A DNA stretch of 64,000 nucleotides, taken from contig CAJINV010000002.1 of the NCBI GenBank assembly GCA_905178155.1, forward strand, positions 840,780 through 904,779, read 5' to 3'. A program made the position numbers and the translations under genes. Positions 46,450 through 57,599 of the stretch are shown piece after piece. Numbering within the stretch: position 1 is the first letter of the stretch; each line of letters begins with the position of its first letter. The notes beneath the pieces are model-generated. The model did not search any database and had not been told where the DNA came from. It saw only the letters and a list, made by a program, of their open reading frames with translations. Origin of the DNA: Amoebophrya sp. A120. Taxonomy: Eukaryota; Protista; Dinoflagellata.

Positions 46450-49227
46450 CTACCTCCCCGCCATTCCTAAGCAGAAGCTGGTGCAGATCGCCCTGAGCAC
46501 CCTCCCAGGGTTATCCGGTAGGCAACTACAAGAATGCGCGCTGCGCTCTCTTCGGTAGGGCAAAACCAGATCGACGGCACTGACCTCTTCTGGAATCACG
46601 TCTGCTGGGTTAATGGGGAAAGTGAAGACAATTTGTAATGTCAACCGCGGAATGACTTTTAAATAATTCAAATCCACCTCTCCCTCGTTTTCATCGTCAC
46701 CATTTCGTCTCACCAGCGCCGGACAGGTCATAGCCGCGCTCATCCTGGCCCGCGGTCTTCCCGACGAGTCCTCCAGGACTAGTTGTCCCTTGATGGAATC
46801 GCCGAAAATGCTAGCCAATGACGTCTATCAACTGTAAAAATGTCTGGGTCTGGAACATTCTGACACTTGTCATGCACGTTTTGCATGAGCCCTGATGTCT
46901 GTGATGCATGCCCTAGCATGACAGATTTTTTCAGAGCTTCTTGATGCCTATTCCGCACGACAAATGCCCTCTCCACGTAGCAAAAATTACACTCCTTTTG
47001 CTACTCACGCAATACAGATTTTTCTGGAATCCAAATGCAGCATGACAAGTTGCATTCTTCCAGACCCAGACATTTTTACATTTGATAACGTCTCTGGCCG
47101 ATGCCTGGGGTTTTGCAAGTGCTCTTTACAGATAGTTGTCAACTTCTGCCGAAAGGCTCGCTCCGTCACGGATTCGAATGGTCGTTGTGGCCACTGATGG
47201 TCGTAAGAATTATCCCCGCCGTTGTTTGGACCAGCAGAAATTTCCGCAACTTCTTGCAAAAACCGAATCGGCACCTGCGTTGCGGTAATGGAGACAGAGC
47301 GCGGGGCGTCAGAGAGCGGTGGCACTTCGTTGTCAGCAAGATGTTGAACTTGAACCCCCGCCGCCGCACCACGACCACCTCTGCGGTCACCCCGAATCAA
47401 TATCGGCACGCGCCCCTCTGCTGGCCCAATCTGATACGTCATGACATTCCGATGCCGTGTCGCCCGTTGCACTAGTCTCGCCTGACTCTCCGGCACTCTG
47501 TAGACTGCTATCGAGTTGGTTGCGAAATAATCGTAGTTCTGACCGAGTTGCGCGATTTGGTAATCTCTCCGGAGGAGGATATTCGGTACCGGCTCCCCGA
47601 GCATGAGAGGTTGCACCGGCATCTGGACGAAGTGCGATTTCCTTGCCAACGCTTGCTCGAAGAGGCTGAAAAACTGCTTTAACCTCTGTTTCTCCCTCTC
47701 TTCAATGTCTTCGGTGTAATTTTCTTCTCCGTATCCGGGCATGAATCCGTGGTCGAATTGGGGTTTCCTAACCCGGAAATACGCGGTGAATTGGTCGAAC
47801 ATGGAGAAAGCCGGCGCGCTTGATGACGATGTTGCAGCTCCAACAGCAGCTCCGACCGGCTCGGGCGTGGGACCTGTACTGTCTTGCAAGGTCCGGAAGT
47901 ACTCGTCCCATAACTGTGTGGAGGTTTTTTTCGCCAGGTTTGTCGTGTGGTCGAAATTATCGTTTGTGTAGTTACTATCAAGCCCCTTGTTGTGTTCCCG
48001 AACCAGGGCGTGCAGGAAAGAGGAAAACACCGTCGGGCCCTGCTTGATCACCGCTGAGATCTCGATGGCTTGGGGTGGTTCGGACAGAACGGCATCTGGC
48101 ATATTTTCCGTTCCGCAATGACGTTGACAGGCTTTAGAAGTCCAGACCTCGCCGGATGAAGTAGTACGAGTAGTCTCTGATGGTACTATCGCATCAGAAA
48201 AACCAGACGCAAGTGCTTGGTTGTGGTAGAAGCAACTTTCATCTTTCGACGATGCTCGGGTGCTGGGTGTCACGACATCTTCAGAAAAACTCCTGCTGGC
48301 CGTCTTCATATTGTTTCCTTTCCCGCCTGCACACAGCACCTCCCCGAGTGGCGTGGCCCCAAACAATTCCGCATCCAAGACCACGTGCGCTGGCGCTGGG
48401 GCATGGGGACTACAACTATTGCTGTTCAAAAGCAGTGTGACGGATAAGTGTTGCTCTGGGAAGGTGACAGATTTCTCCTCTTTCAGAACCGCCTCCACTT
48501 TTTGCTTCAGCTCCCCCACCGTCCACGAGTGCCAGTTGTGTTTTGATTGATATAAATCCTCGAGATATCAAATGTAAAAATGTCTGGGTTTGGAAGAATG
48601 CGCGATTTGTCATGCAGCTTTTCCATGACCCATGAGGTCTGGAATGCAGGACCTAGCATGACAGATTCTGTGCGATCTTAATCTTTCTCATGCCTATCCT
48701 GCATGAGAAACTGCCTCCCGACTTGGTCAAAACTGGACGACTTTTGGTAATCACGCAACACAGATTTTTGCATGCTTCAGATTTAGCATGACAAGTTGCA
48801 TTCTTCCAGACCCAGACATTTTTACATTTGATACGAGAACTAACTCCCCGTTCATCGCTTTGCGGATACGGAGGGGAGGTTCGTATAATCGGTATTCGTA
48901 TTGTTCTTCTGTGGGAGATGTTGAATCATTGCCGCTTTTCGTTTTCGACGAAATATTAAACGGACATCGGCCCCCTCCTTCGCAAATCGACTTGTTTTTC
49001 GTGCAGCATGAAGATGATCTGCCTGAGGACTTGGAGCAACACCTGTTTCGCCGAGGAGAGGGCGAATTTGATTTTTTTCTCCACCTCGAGTCCTCCACCG
49101 GCTCTAGCACCAGCTTCCGGGTTGTCTGCCGGTCGAAATAGGTGCGGACGGCCAGAACTAATACCGGAGGAGCATTCAGAATGCTCACCAGAGAGGACAG
49201 AACGAAGAAGCAGGAAAGGGCAGTCAT
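46450..49227 (-). CDS. Hypothetical protein with a signal-peptide-like N-terminus, 3 exons
   Basis: MTALSCFFVLSSLVSILNAPPVLVLA...; joins LVL|EDLYQSKHNWHSWTVGELKQKV and RPET|SLASIFG restored on removal of two family A elements. Confidence 0.7.
46826..47087. mobile_element. Introner family A
   Basis: TIRs, direct repeat ACGTC. Confidence 0.9.
48566..48833. mobile_element. Introner family A, very similar to the 855-1116 copy
   Basis: TIRs, direct repeat CGAGA. Confidence 0.9.
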
Positions 49228-49993
49228 TGTTGCTTCTTAACTGTACAGCAAGTTATCAATTTAGGATGAGAAGGGAGAAGAGAAAGTTTAAAGTTACTGT
49301 TGCAGTGCTCCGAAGAGGAAGAAGTAAAGTGCTTCCTTATTTTGTACAATTTAATTCAAAGTATAGACAGACACAAGCAAAATAGAAGTGCAATATAGCA
49401 AATTTTGCTGGAGGGCTCAAGGACGAATTCTACCGATTCCGATACTAAATTAGTCCGAAAGAAAATAATCACAGATGAATCGCAATGCCTGGGGGTGTGT
49501 TTCATCGGTACAGCAGGAATAGAGAGTTTGAGTGGTATCAAGAACTAACATAGGTTTTCTACCGTCTTTCTAGTGATCGTCGTTTGGCTTGAACTATGGA
49601 TCCCATCTACATATGGCGTGTTTACGTGGTTTTTGGGATGATTTTCTGATCTGTATGCTTTTGGTTGAAGATCTCGATCTTTTTCGTCACTTTACCACTC
49701 CTGAGCAGTTTTGCTTCTTCCAGCACAACATGTTATTTGACGTCATTTCACAAAGGATCACATCACATGCATCGGAAAAAGCATAAGCATTTGCATACTA
49801 TTTGAACTTGCCTTCGAAAATTTATTGGATCGACCTATTTGCAGCTGGATCTGTACGGAGAGACTTATATCTTCAGTCGCTCTTGCCTGGAGGTACAGCC
49901 AGGATGTGGGGGCTGTCGAAGGGAAAAGTCACTGCTCGACGCAAGTGTACTCGGGCGTCGTGACATGTTGAACTTGATTCGTGTTTTAGAGAA

Positions 49994-52900
49994 CTAGTGT
50001 GCAGCTTCCATCTGCTGGACGTCATCCGGCCTTCTCCCACTTCTCTTCATCCTATCCTCCGGACTCAAGCCTTTTTCACTACTTCCATACAACGCCCATT
50101 CAGGTGTGGGCCGGGACCGCGACGTGTCATGCTGTATTGGATCTGTTGAGGCACTTGACGTCGCTGCCTGTGATGTTGTTGACAGCGCTCTGCTTATTGT
50201 GGGGCTGCTGTGGTCCTCTTGTTCGCCCGTATTATGTGCTGATGCAGTTTCCGCATGACAAGTTTCCCTTTCGAAAATCTTGTCAAAGTCGATCCACGTA
50301 TTCCACCGTCCAGTTTCCGATATCCTATGCAAAAGCACTGTCGCTGCACTCGTAGTAGTTGCGGTGATGCATGACAAATCTATGAGTTTTTATCTTATTC
50401 AGCATGGAAAACTGTATTTTTCTTCGTGGCAATAAAATTTATCGTGCAAAAATTTCTACAAGCAGTACGATGCTTTTGCAATGCATATCCGGACACTGCC
50501 AGCGGTCTTTCCTCGCCAGCAGTACCCCGCAGCTGTGGTGGTGCTCCGCCGCTAACCCGTATTGGAAGAACTGGAGGTGAGACGAGGCGGAATCGGAAGC
50601 ACTGCTGGTGCAGCCGAGAACATCTTCCGGTGAAGCGCCGTCATGTGCGGCCTCTGCAAGAACTTGCTTAGAATTTCGATGCAGTTCCGCTATCGCCTGA
50701 TTGATTTCCTCCTGCAATAACCTCGCGAACTCGCACACGTCCGAGTGCGTCGGTACATTCTTCTGGCTCATGCCGTGCTTCTCGAAAACTTGCGGTGCGA
50801 ACGTCGCGCCTTTCACCTCGATGAAGTCCGCTTCCGCGGTGAGAAGGAGATGCGCAAACTCGGCGGCACTATGAACTGCAAAAGTATCGCACTCGTAGTA
50901 ATTGCTATTACAATGCATGACAAATCTCTTTCCGAGGGTAAAACAGCATTACAAATTTCATTTGTAATGCTGAGCTAATTTATTGTAATCGCAATTTATA
51001 CTAGTACGACTACGAGGCTTTTGCATTTGATAGGCACGGTGCCTTGTACTAGGATTTATATTAGGACTGGTTCTACCCACAATTTCCGACACAGAAGTTT
51101 CACTTTCAGTCGCTGTCTTTTCTTTATCACGATGAGGCCCCCGACCTTCATCTTGTTGTAGCAAATACGTCAACCGTAAAACCGTCCTTGTTTTCGACCC
51201 CTTTCGACTAAACTCCGTGCGCAAAATCTGCAGAGATTTTTGCAACCTCTGCCAGGCATCCGCAAACAGTGGGCGGCCGACTTTTTTCAAATCAGGCTCG
51301 TTGCTCGCGTCTACGGACACGTAAAGCTGCGTGCAGAAGGTGTTGTTTGCTTTTTCCTGGGCCTCTTATCGCACAGAAAAAAGCAGGCAGGTCACATTCG
51401 TAATGCAAAAATAAACTCACAAAAATATGAATATCTGCACTGCATACCCTAAACAGCATGCTACGGGGCCGCCTATGACAAAATTTTCTGTGTGTTTATT
51501 CTTGCATCACAGATATGCCCTGCCTGCTTTTTTTCATGGGATACCTCTGCAAGGGTTATTAGCGAGTCGGGAAACTGGCCATTCGTAACGAGAAACGTGG
51601 AAATCCTTTTTTGCCACATCAGCTTCAACAACCTCGGCAAGTGCGGATACAGCACCGGCTCGCCAACGAGAGAGAGGGCGCAGTGACGCACTCCACCGGG
51701 GTTTTGACTGATTGTCATCTTGGGAAGAACTTCTTGTGGGGATCTACTCTGTGTCAGGGTGCTGTCTCGTGGTGTTGAAAATTCATCATCATCGTGGTTT
51801 GCCGCAACTACATCTTCATCTCCCTGTGCTTGCACTCCCACTGCACCTGTTCCGCGTGATGTTCTACCCAGTGCAAAAGTATCGTACTCGTAGTAATTGC
51901 GGTCATGCATTACAAATCTCGTTTCCAAGGCAAATCAGCATGACAACTTGCGTTTGTCATGCTGAGGGAATTTGTCATGCCATTCATACTAGTACGATAC
52001 TTTTGCACTTCATATGTTCCACGCCCCGATGCGGTCGCCGCAAACACCTCTGACACCCGGGTACTAGATATCGCAAGAAAAAAGTGTTACAGTTACACAT
52101 TGTCATGCAAGACTAGCAACAGAGACGACCTTTCTCATGCAGGAAATGCTTCGGATCCTCGTTTCCTTCCTGTTTTCCCTTATGATCTTCGCATTACAAG
52201 TTTTCTCTGCCACACAGAGAAAATTTGTGATGCAGAAACTCCAACAAATGTGTAACTGTAACACTTTTTTCTCGTGATACTAGAGACCACAGCTCTAGTA
52301 CTTCCGGTAACAACGGATCGGTCTTCTCTTGTACTACCCGCTGTGTGCTGGTTATCCCACGAAAAAACTGCCTCTCTGTGATGGTTTTGCAAGATCCGCA
52401 TCACAAGTTTGCTACACATGACAGGGACAATTTGCCATGCGCGCTTCCCAAGGGAAAACTAAAACACGCTGAAAAACCCAATGCCTTGCATGTGTAGCAA
52501 GACAAATAGTTCTGTGTTCCATTCTCTGCATGACAAGTTTACAGTGAAACAGTTTTTTCTTGCGATACTGGTGGTTTACATTCAAGCCGGACACCACCTG
52601 CTTGATGAATTTATGAACTGCAAAAGTATCGTACTCGTAGTAATCGCAGTTATGCATTACAAATTTTTTTCCGAAGGTAAATCCCCATGACAAATTTTAT
52701 TTCTCATGCTGAGGAAATTTGTAATGCATTTATACTAGTACGATACTTTTGCAATGCATAAAATTTTTTGCTGTGCAATTCCAGAGCTTTTTCCAGCACA
52801 AACTCCGGCTCGTCCGTCTCATATTCCTTTTTCCACTTTGTCGTCACCGGATTCGTGTGGTTCCGCCAGCAAAACACGCATTTATTCGCGCAGGCCAGGT

Positions 52901-54659
52901 TCGTATCAACCGCAAATATGTTTGGGTCATCTCGGAGATTGCAAGGCTTGTCATGCATGTTTTGCGTGAAGACCCATGATTGTCTGTGATGTATGCCCTA
53001 CCATCACAGATTTTTAACACCCTTCCTGATGCCTATTCCGCACGACAAACGCCCTGCCCGCGTAGCACAAACTGGACTCCGTTTGCTGGTCATGCAATAC
53101 AGATGTCTTTGGAATCCAAGCACAGCATCACAAGTTCTTGCAACCTTCCAGACATCCAGGGATATTTGCAATGCATAGTTCGGCGTCATCTCCATGCACT
53201 TGTGCGATTCGATGCCGTAGAACGTGTGCTTGTAGCACTGGCCATAATGCTATCCACAGAAAAAAAACTTACTATCCCAATCCACTTTTTGCATGACAGA
53301 CACGGAATTTTATGTATGTTTTGCATTACAAATTGGATGTGGATGGGTGTTTCTTCCTGGATAAGTGCTTCAGCGCGTTTTTCGTCCAGCGACAGAGTTT
53401 GACTGCGGAGTGGGACCCAATTAGCTCGTAGTTCTGCCTCGATAGGCTTTCCCGCTGTTGCGCCGTGGTCTGGGGGCGGAGTTTGAGGTTGACCCTGCTT
53501 GCTGGAGGTGAGGAGGGTGTTGCTCCTGGACCATTTTTGACAAGAGATGAGTGTCTTCGTCGTGGTTCCACTGGGCTGCGGTCTACAACTTCCACCCCAG
53601 GTTGTTGTATTATAGGTGCCTGGTCTAACACTGTCGCTCCGCCTCTTGTGGGCGGGGAAGAACGAGACGACGTTGCGGAGGAGCCTTCTGTATCCACAGA
53701 AAAAAACCCATTCACATCCATTTTTTGCATGACAAACACACGACTTCACGCGTGTTTTGCATGACAAATTGGATGTGGATGTGTGTTTTTTCGTGGATAT
53801 TCTGCTGCTGATGCTGTCGTCTTCGCCTCGGACGATGAACAAATAAGTGTTGATGACGATGAAGACGAGGATATCAAGAAGAAAAATCCCCCCTCCCCAT
53901 ATCACAGCGGAAATCTGTGATGAAGGTTTATGGTCACAAATCAGCTTTCCTATGCTAGAAGGGAAAAGAAAAAGATGCGGACTGTAGTCCTGGGTGGCGT
54001 GGGAAAGCCCTGCATCGTCAGCATGACAGGAGGCAGCTGGAACTGGGAAACAACATGATAAATTGCCTGCAAACGAGGCCACAACTGAGGCTCTTGGCCT
54101 TCTAGCAGTACAAGTCGACTATGTGTACTCAAATACAGCATCACAAATTTCGTTTTCGATATGGGGTGGGGGGATTCTTCCTTTTGGTGGAGGACGAGGA
54201 CGAGGGCCCAAACGCTGCCCAGTTGATGCCCTCGATCCGGAAGCGAGCGCTCCTCTCCTTCTGGATAAACTCCAAAGCCTCCGACGCGCCGTGTCGTTGT
54301 ATTTTTTGTGCTTGATGTGGTTGTGCACCACGTGCTGCAGATTTTTCGTGTTCATCGGCTTGTTTGAGCATGCCTGGGGAACAAGTGCTGTCATTCTTGT
54401 GCCTGATTGATGTTGCAAAGCCCTTCTTCCTCGACACCATGAACTTCAGCGAGTGAGCTGCTTCATGCTTCGCCGGAGTCGCAGCGGAGCAGGTTTCAGG
54501 TGCTTTATTTCTGGAAAGAACCAGCACAGTAGACGACGCAATCCTAAAAATCGGCTGCAAACGTGCTGCCACCAACCGCTCGTGACGAGGACCACAAGAA
54601 GACGAACCTCCCTGGAGCAGAGAGGACACGCTGCTGCGTGGATGCTGCACCAGCAGCAT
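49994..54659 (-). CDS. TYW1: tRNA 4-demethylwyosine synthase (radical SAM), 12 exons; start codon uncertain
   Basis: YELIGSHSAVKLCRWTK, CYKHTFYGIESHKCMEMTPN|LACANKCVFCWR (CxxxCxxC), VRHCALSLVGEPVLYP, STFLVTNGQFP, TQLYVSVDA, DFIEVKGATF, WNTWIDFDK and TPEWALYG all match TYW1. Confidence 0.92.
50321..50487. mobile_element. Introner family C
   Basis: TIRs, flanks TCCGA/TCCGG. Confidence 0.82.
50870..51032. mobile_element. Introner family C
   Basis: TIRs, direct repeat GGCAC. Confidence 0.85.
51367..51543. mobile_element. Introner family J (TIR TATCxCAxxxAAAAAAGCAGGCAGG)
   Basis: TIRs, direct repeat CCTCT. Confidence 0.87.
51865..52014. mobile_element. Introner family C
   Basis: TIRs, direct repeat TGTTC. 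Confidence 0.87.
52069..52279. mobile_element. Introner family B
   Basis: TIRs, direct repeat CTAGA. Confidence 0.9.
52353..52567. mobile_element. Introner with family B-related ends
   Basis: TATCCCACGAAAAAACTG ... CAGTTTTTTCTTGCGATA, direct repeat CTGGT. Confidence 0.82.
52612..52760. mobile_element. Introner family C
   Basis: TIRs, flanks GAATT/AAATT. Confidence 0.87.
52904..53177. mobile_element. Introner family A variant
   Basis: Direct repeat GTTCG; splits the conserved MEMTPN|LAC motif of TYW1. Confidence 0.87.
53251..53363. mobile_element. Introner family H (short)
   Basis: TATCCACAGAAAAAAA ... GGATGTGGATG...TGGATA; flanks AATGC/AGTGC. Confidence 0.82.
53691..53799. mobile_element. 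Introner family H (short)
   Basis: TIRs, direct repeat TTCTG. Confidence 0.87.
53872..54189. mobile_element. Introner family I
   Basis: AATCCCCCCTCCCCATATC / GATATGGGGTGGGGGATT inverted ends, direct repeat GAGGA, frame restored. Confidence 0.75.
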
Positions 54660-56420
54660 GATTTTAATGTCCTCCACGTACGTATAATATTAATATAGCG
54701 ATTGCTTTCTATGGTTGTAGTATTGTTCTTCGTGCCGAGGAGTTGGAATGGGTGTAGTATTGTTCTCGAATGTGGTTGCGAGATGAATCGAATGCCTAGG
54801 ATCATGAACTAGTAGGTACGGGTGAAGATGATCCACTTCGCATCTTCTAGTTTCTGTGTACGGATCTTCTTGTTCCTGCTGATCAACAAAAAAAACAAAA
54901 AGAAGAAAACAGCGCGCACGTTCACGTGGTCTAGCGGAACCTCCCTGGATGAGGAACAAAAACTTCTTCGTGGACCCTTGTTCATCCGGTCAGGCTACGT
55001 GTGCAACAAGTACAACGACTTCAAGCGCTCCGATGACCGAAGAACTTCGACCTGCTGATCGTGATCATGCGTTCAACACCTTCTACTCGGTCTTCTAGCG
55101 GGGAACTACATGATCTTTTTCTCAAGGGAAAACGAAAAGCGCAAGGTTTCTCATGCACATTTGGCATTAGCCATAATATTCCACACCGTCAAAAAGTCCC
55201 GACATGACCACAACAGGTCGTCAGGTCTTCATAATCCACTTCTGCCTCGGAGCAGAGTCGAACATACTTACAATGGACGACACCAGCAATGAATTTTTTT
55301 TTTCATTTTTCCACGGGTCAGCGACGTGCGTGGCTAGTTCCTCTGCATTCTCAACAACGTCTTCCCAGATTTGAAGTGAAGAACCTTGCGACAGCTTGAT
55401 GCTGTGCATATGGTCTTCGGAGGAAATTCCGTGGTCAATAGATGTTGAGATGTTTTTGGGAGTTGGTGTTGTGTACCCCCGCCAAAAAAAAGATGACCCT
55501 TGCTACTAGTATCCGAGATTTTTCACATTTTCCAAACAGAGTCGCCCGAGGATCGGCGAGGAGCTACAGCTACTTCATTGGCCTCCAGCTACTGTATCAG
55601 AAAAGTTTCTCAGTCGTAAAAGGTTACCTCTAGATAACATCAAGCCTGACAAGAATAATAGCAACGCGCACTATCGTTACTATGCAATCATACACGTAGA
55701 AAAAGAATAGACCTTAGTAAATAGTGATTGGATTTGCACGCATACAGTCTGTTTACCGTGCGCTCCTGCACGTAAGTAACAATGCCGTACATCACGTAAT
55801 TCACTACAATTTTACGAAATTCTATTGTCTTTCGAAAAACCAATAGAATTTCGTAAATTGCAGTGCTATCTTGATGATGTTTTCAACAGCTAACAGCAGT
55901 AGAGCTTCTGTGGTTCACCTCCTTTTACTTTACAGAAAAAAATACCTGTATCTCCACCTAGAGTTATTTGCGAAAATAGAATGCAGGTAGTGCGGTAGAA
56001 GTGAAGAACCCCGTGCCCCCTTGTGCACATGCTCTTCTACTTCAACTTTTTCATCTTTGAGCATAAAATTATGCAATTCTCAGACCGATCAACATTTAAA
56101 TATAAATTTCCACTCGTAGTTCTTTCCACTTCAGCTACTACACGTAACGGATGCACTTCTTCTTCTACGAAGTAAAGATGAGGGACGAGGTTTGATTCAT
56201 TCATAGTCCTTGTAGTTGGAATGGTTGGAGCGAATCGCTCGAAGCTGTTGCAATGCGCTTTTTTGCTCCACCATGTGCACGTTGTTGTGTAGTAGTGTGT
56301 GGCAGAATATTTGAATACATTGATTACGAGCAACCTTCGTAGAAGTCTTGCCGAAAATAACCACAGAGTCGCCCCCGCGGCTCCTGCACTTCTTGACAAG
56401 AACTTCTAACGGAGCTCCGT

Positions 56421-57599
56421 TCAGGGAAGGGGCATCAACGTCTGCATCTGGTGCTGTCGCGGAGCGGCGGAACGCTGCTCCTGTCGTGGCGGAACCGCCG
56501 GAACGCCGCGTGTTAGGAGCGGCTTGGCCTCGTCCTCATCCTGCTTCTTATCAAGCTGCGCGAGCTCCTCACACAAACTTTGCTGCCTTGCGTTGGCGAT
56601 GCACCAGTCGAGGCCCCCACAGGCAGCACCGGTGACCGGTATCGACAGGAGGTACGCTGATCCAAGCGTCTCAGGCGATGTACAGCAGTAGGGAGATCCT
56701 AGCAGCAAGCCGCCCAAGGTCGGCACCCCCACTGCGACCGCGGCACTTGCGGCACCCAGTTCTGCATCCTTACCGCTCTTTCGTTTGTCCCGGACAGCGC
56801 GGAGCAAGTTCTCCTCCAGTTGTCGGCGTTTATTTTGGATCTTTTCCTGTTCTTTGGTCATACCGGCGATTCGAAGCTCGATCTCAAAGAGACCCGGTGT
56901 TCTCTTCCAGACCGGGATCATGTCCCATGGTTGATAGTACACACGCCGGGCACCGATAGGACCAACGAACGGGCTCTTCCCCAGCGAGGTCATCTTGCGG
57001 TCAGTACCAAAATTGATTCTGTACTGTGCAAACGGGGGGAGGTCGCTAGCGCAAAGCGCCTCCTTCGCGCTCGGAACATGCTCCCACGATCCATTGGGCA
57101 GGGTAGGTGTGATCGTCGGGAGTTTCCGCGCGTCAACATCCTGCCACCGTTTATTGCGCATGTCGTTCAAGGCTTGATTAAGCTGGGTTACGTAGATAAA
57201 GGCCAGCTCGTTTTCCTCGTCATCTTCCCGGCCAATCAGGTCCGACGCCGGGATCTCGTACTTTTCGTACGTCCGCCCGCCCACAAGCGGACGTACGACG
57301 GTAATGTGCGTTTCCAAAGATGGACGTTGTTCTGGCTGATGCTGGCCCACGACTCCATATCTACTTTGGCTCGCCGGAGAAGTAGGAGCCCGGCCCCGCC
57401 GGCGCCGCAACGAAGATTCGTCGCTAGAAGAGCGGCGCTGCGCACTCCCAACCTGGACGGCACCAACGGCAGGAAATAAAAGCGACGACGAGGAGACCAG
57501 AATTGCGGAATGAACGTAGGCAGAAATAAACATGATAGCAGCTGCCGCGGCCGCGCCACCTTTGTTGCTACGTCCGAGAACCGTAGTGGGCGACAACAT
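56421..57599 (-). CDS. Intronless hypothetical protein with N-terminal signal/TM and a C-terminal hydrophobic hairpin
   Basis: ~392-codon ORF from ATG; hydrophobic N-terminus ending in FPAVGA; two hydrophobic stretches near the C-terminus. Confidence 0.65.
   Translation of the reverse strand: MLSPTTVLGRSNKGGAAAAAAIMFISAYVHSAILVSSSSLLFPAVGAVQVGSAQRRSSSDESSLRRRRGRAPTSPASQSRYGVVGQHQPEQRPSLETHITVVRPLVGGRTYEKYEIPASDLIGREDDEENELAFIYVTQLNQALNDMRNKRWQDVDARKLPTITPTLPNGSWEHVPSAKEALCASDLPPFAQYRINFGTDRKMTSLGKSPFVGPIGARRVYYQPWDMIPVWKRTPGLFEIELRIAGMTKEQEKIQNKRRQLEENLLRAVRDKRKSGKDAELGAASAAVAVGVPTLGGLLLGSPYCCTSPETLGSAYLLSIPVTGAACGGLDWCIANARQQSLCEELAQLDKKQDEDEAKPLLTRGVPAVPPRQEQRSAAPRQHQMQTLMPLP

Noticed and set aside
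785-48833. Recurrent small ORFs with SNVKMSGSGR / LPDPDIFTFD / LQKYRTR peptides suggesting a protein family
   Set aside because: They are translations of introner TIRs in various frames, not genes.
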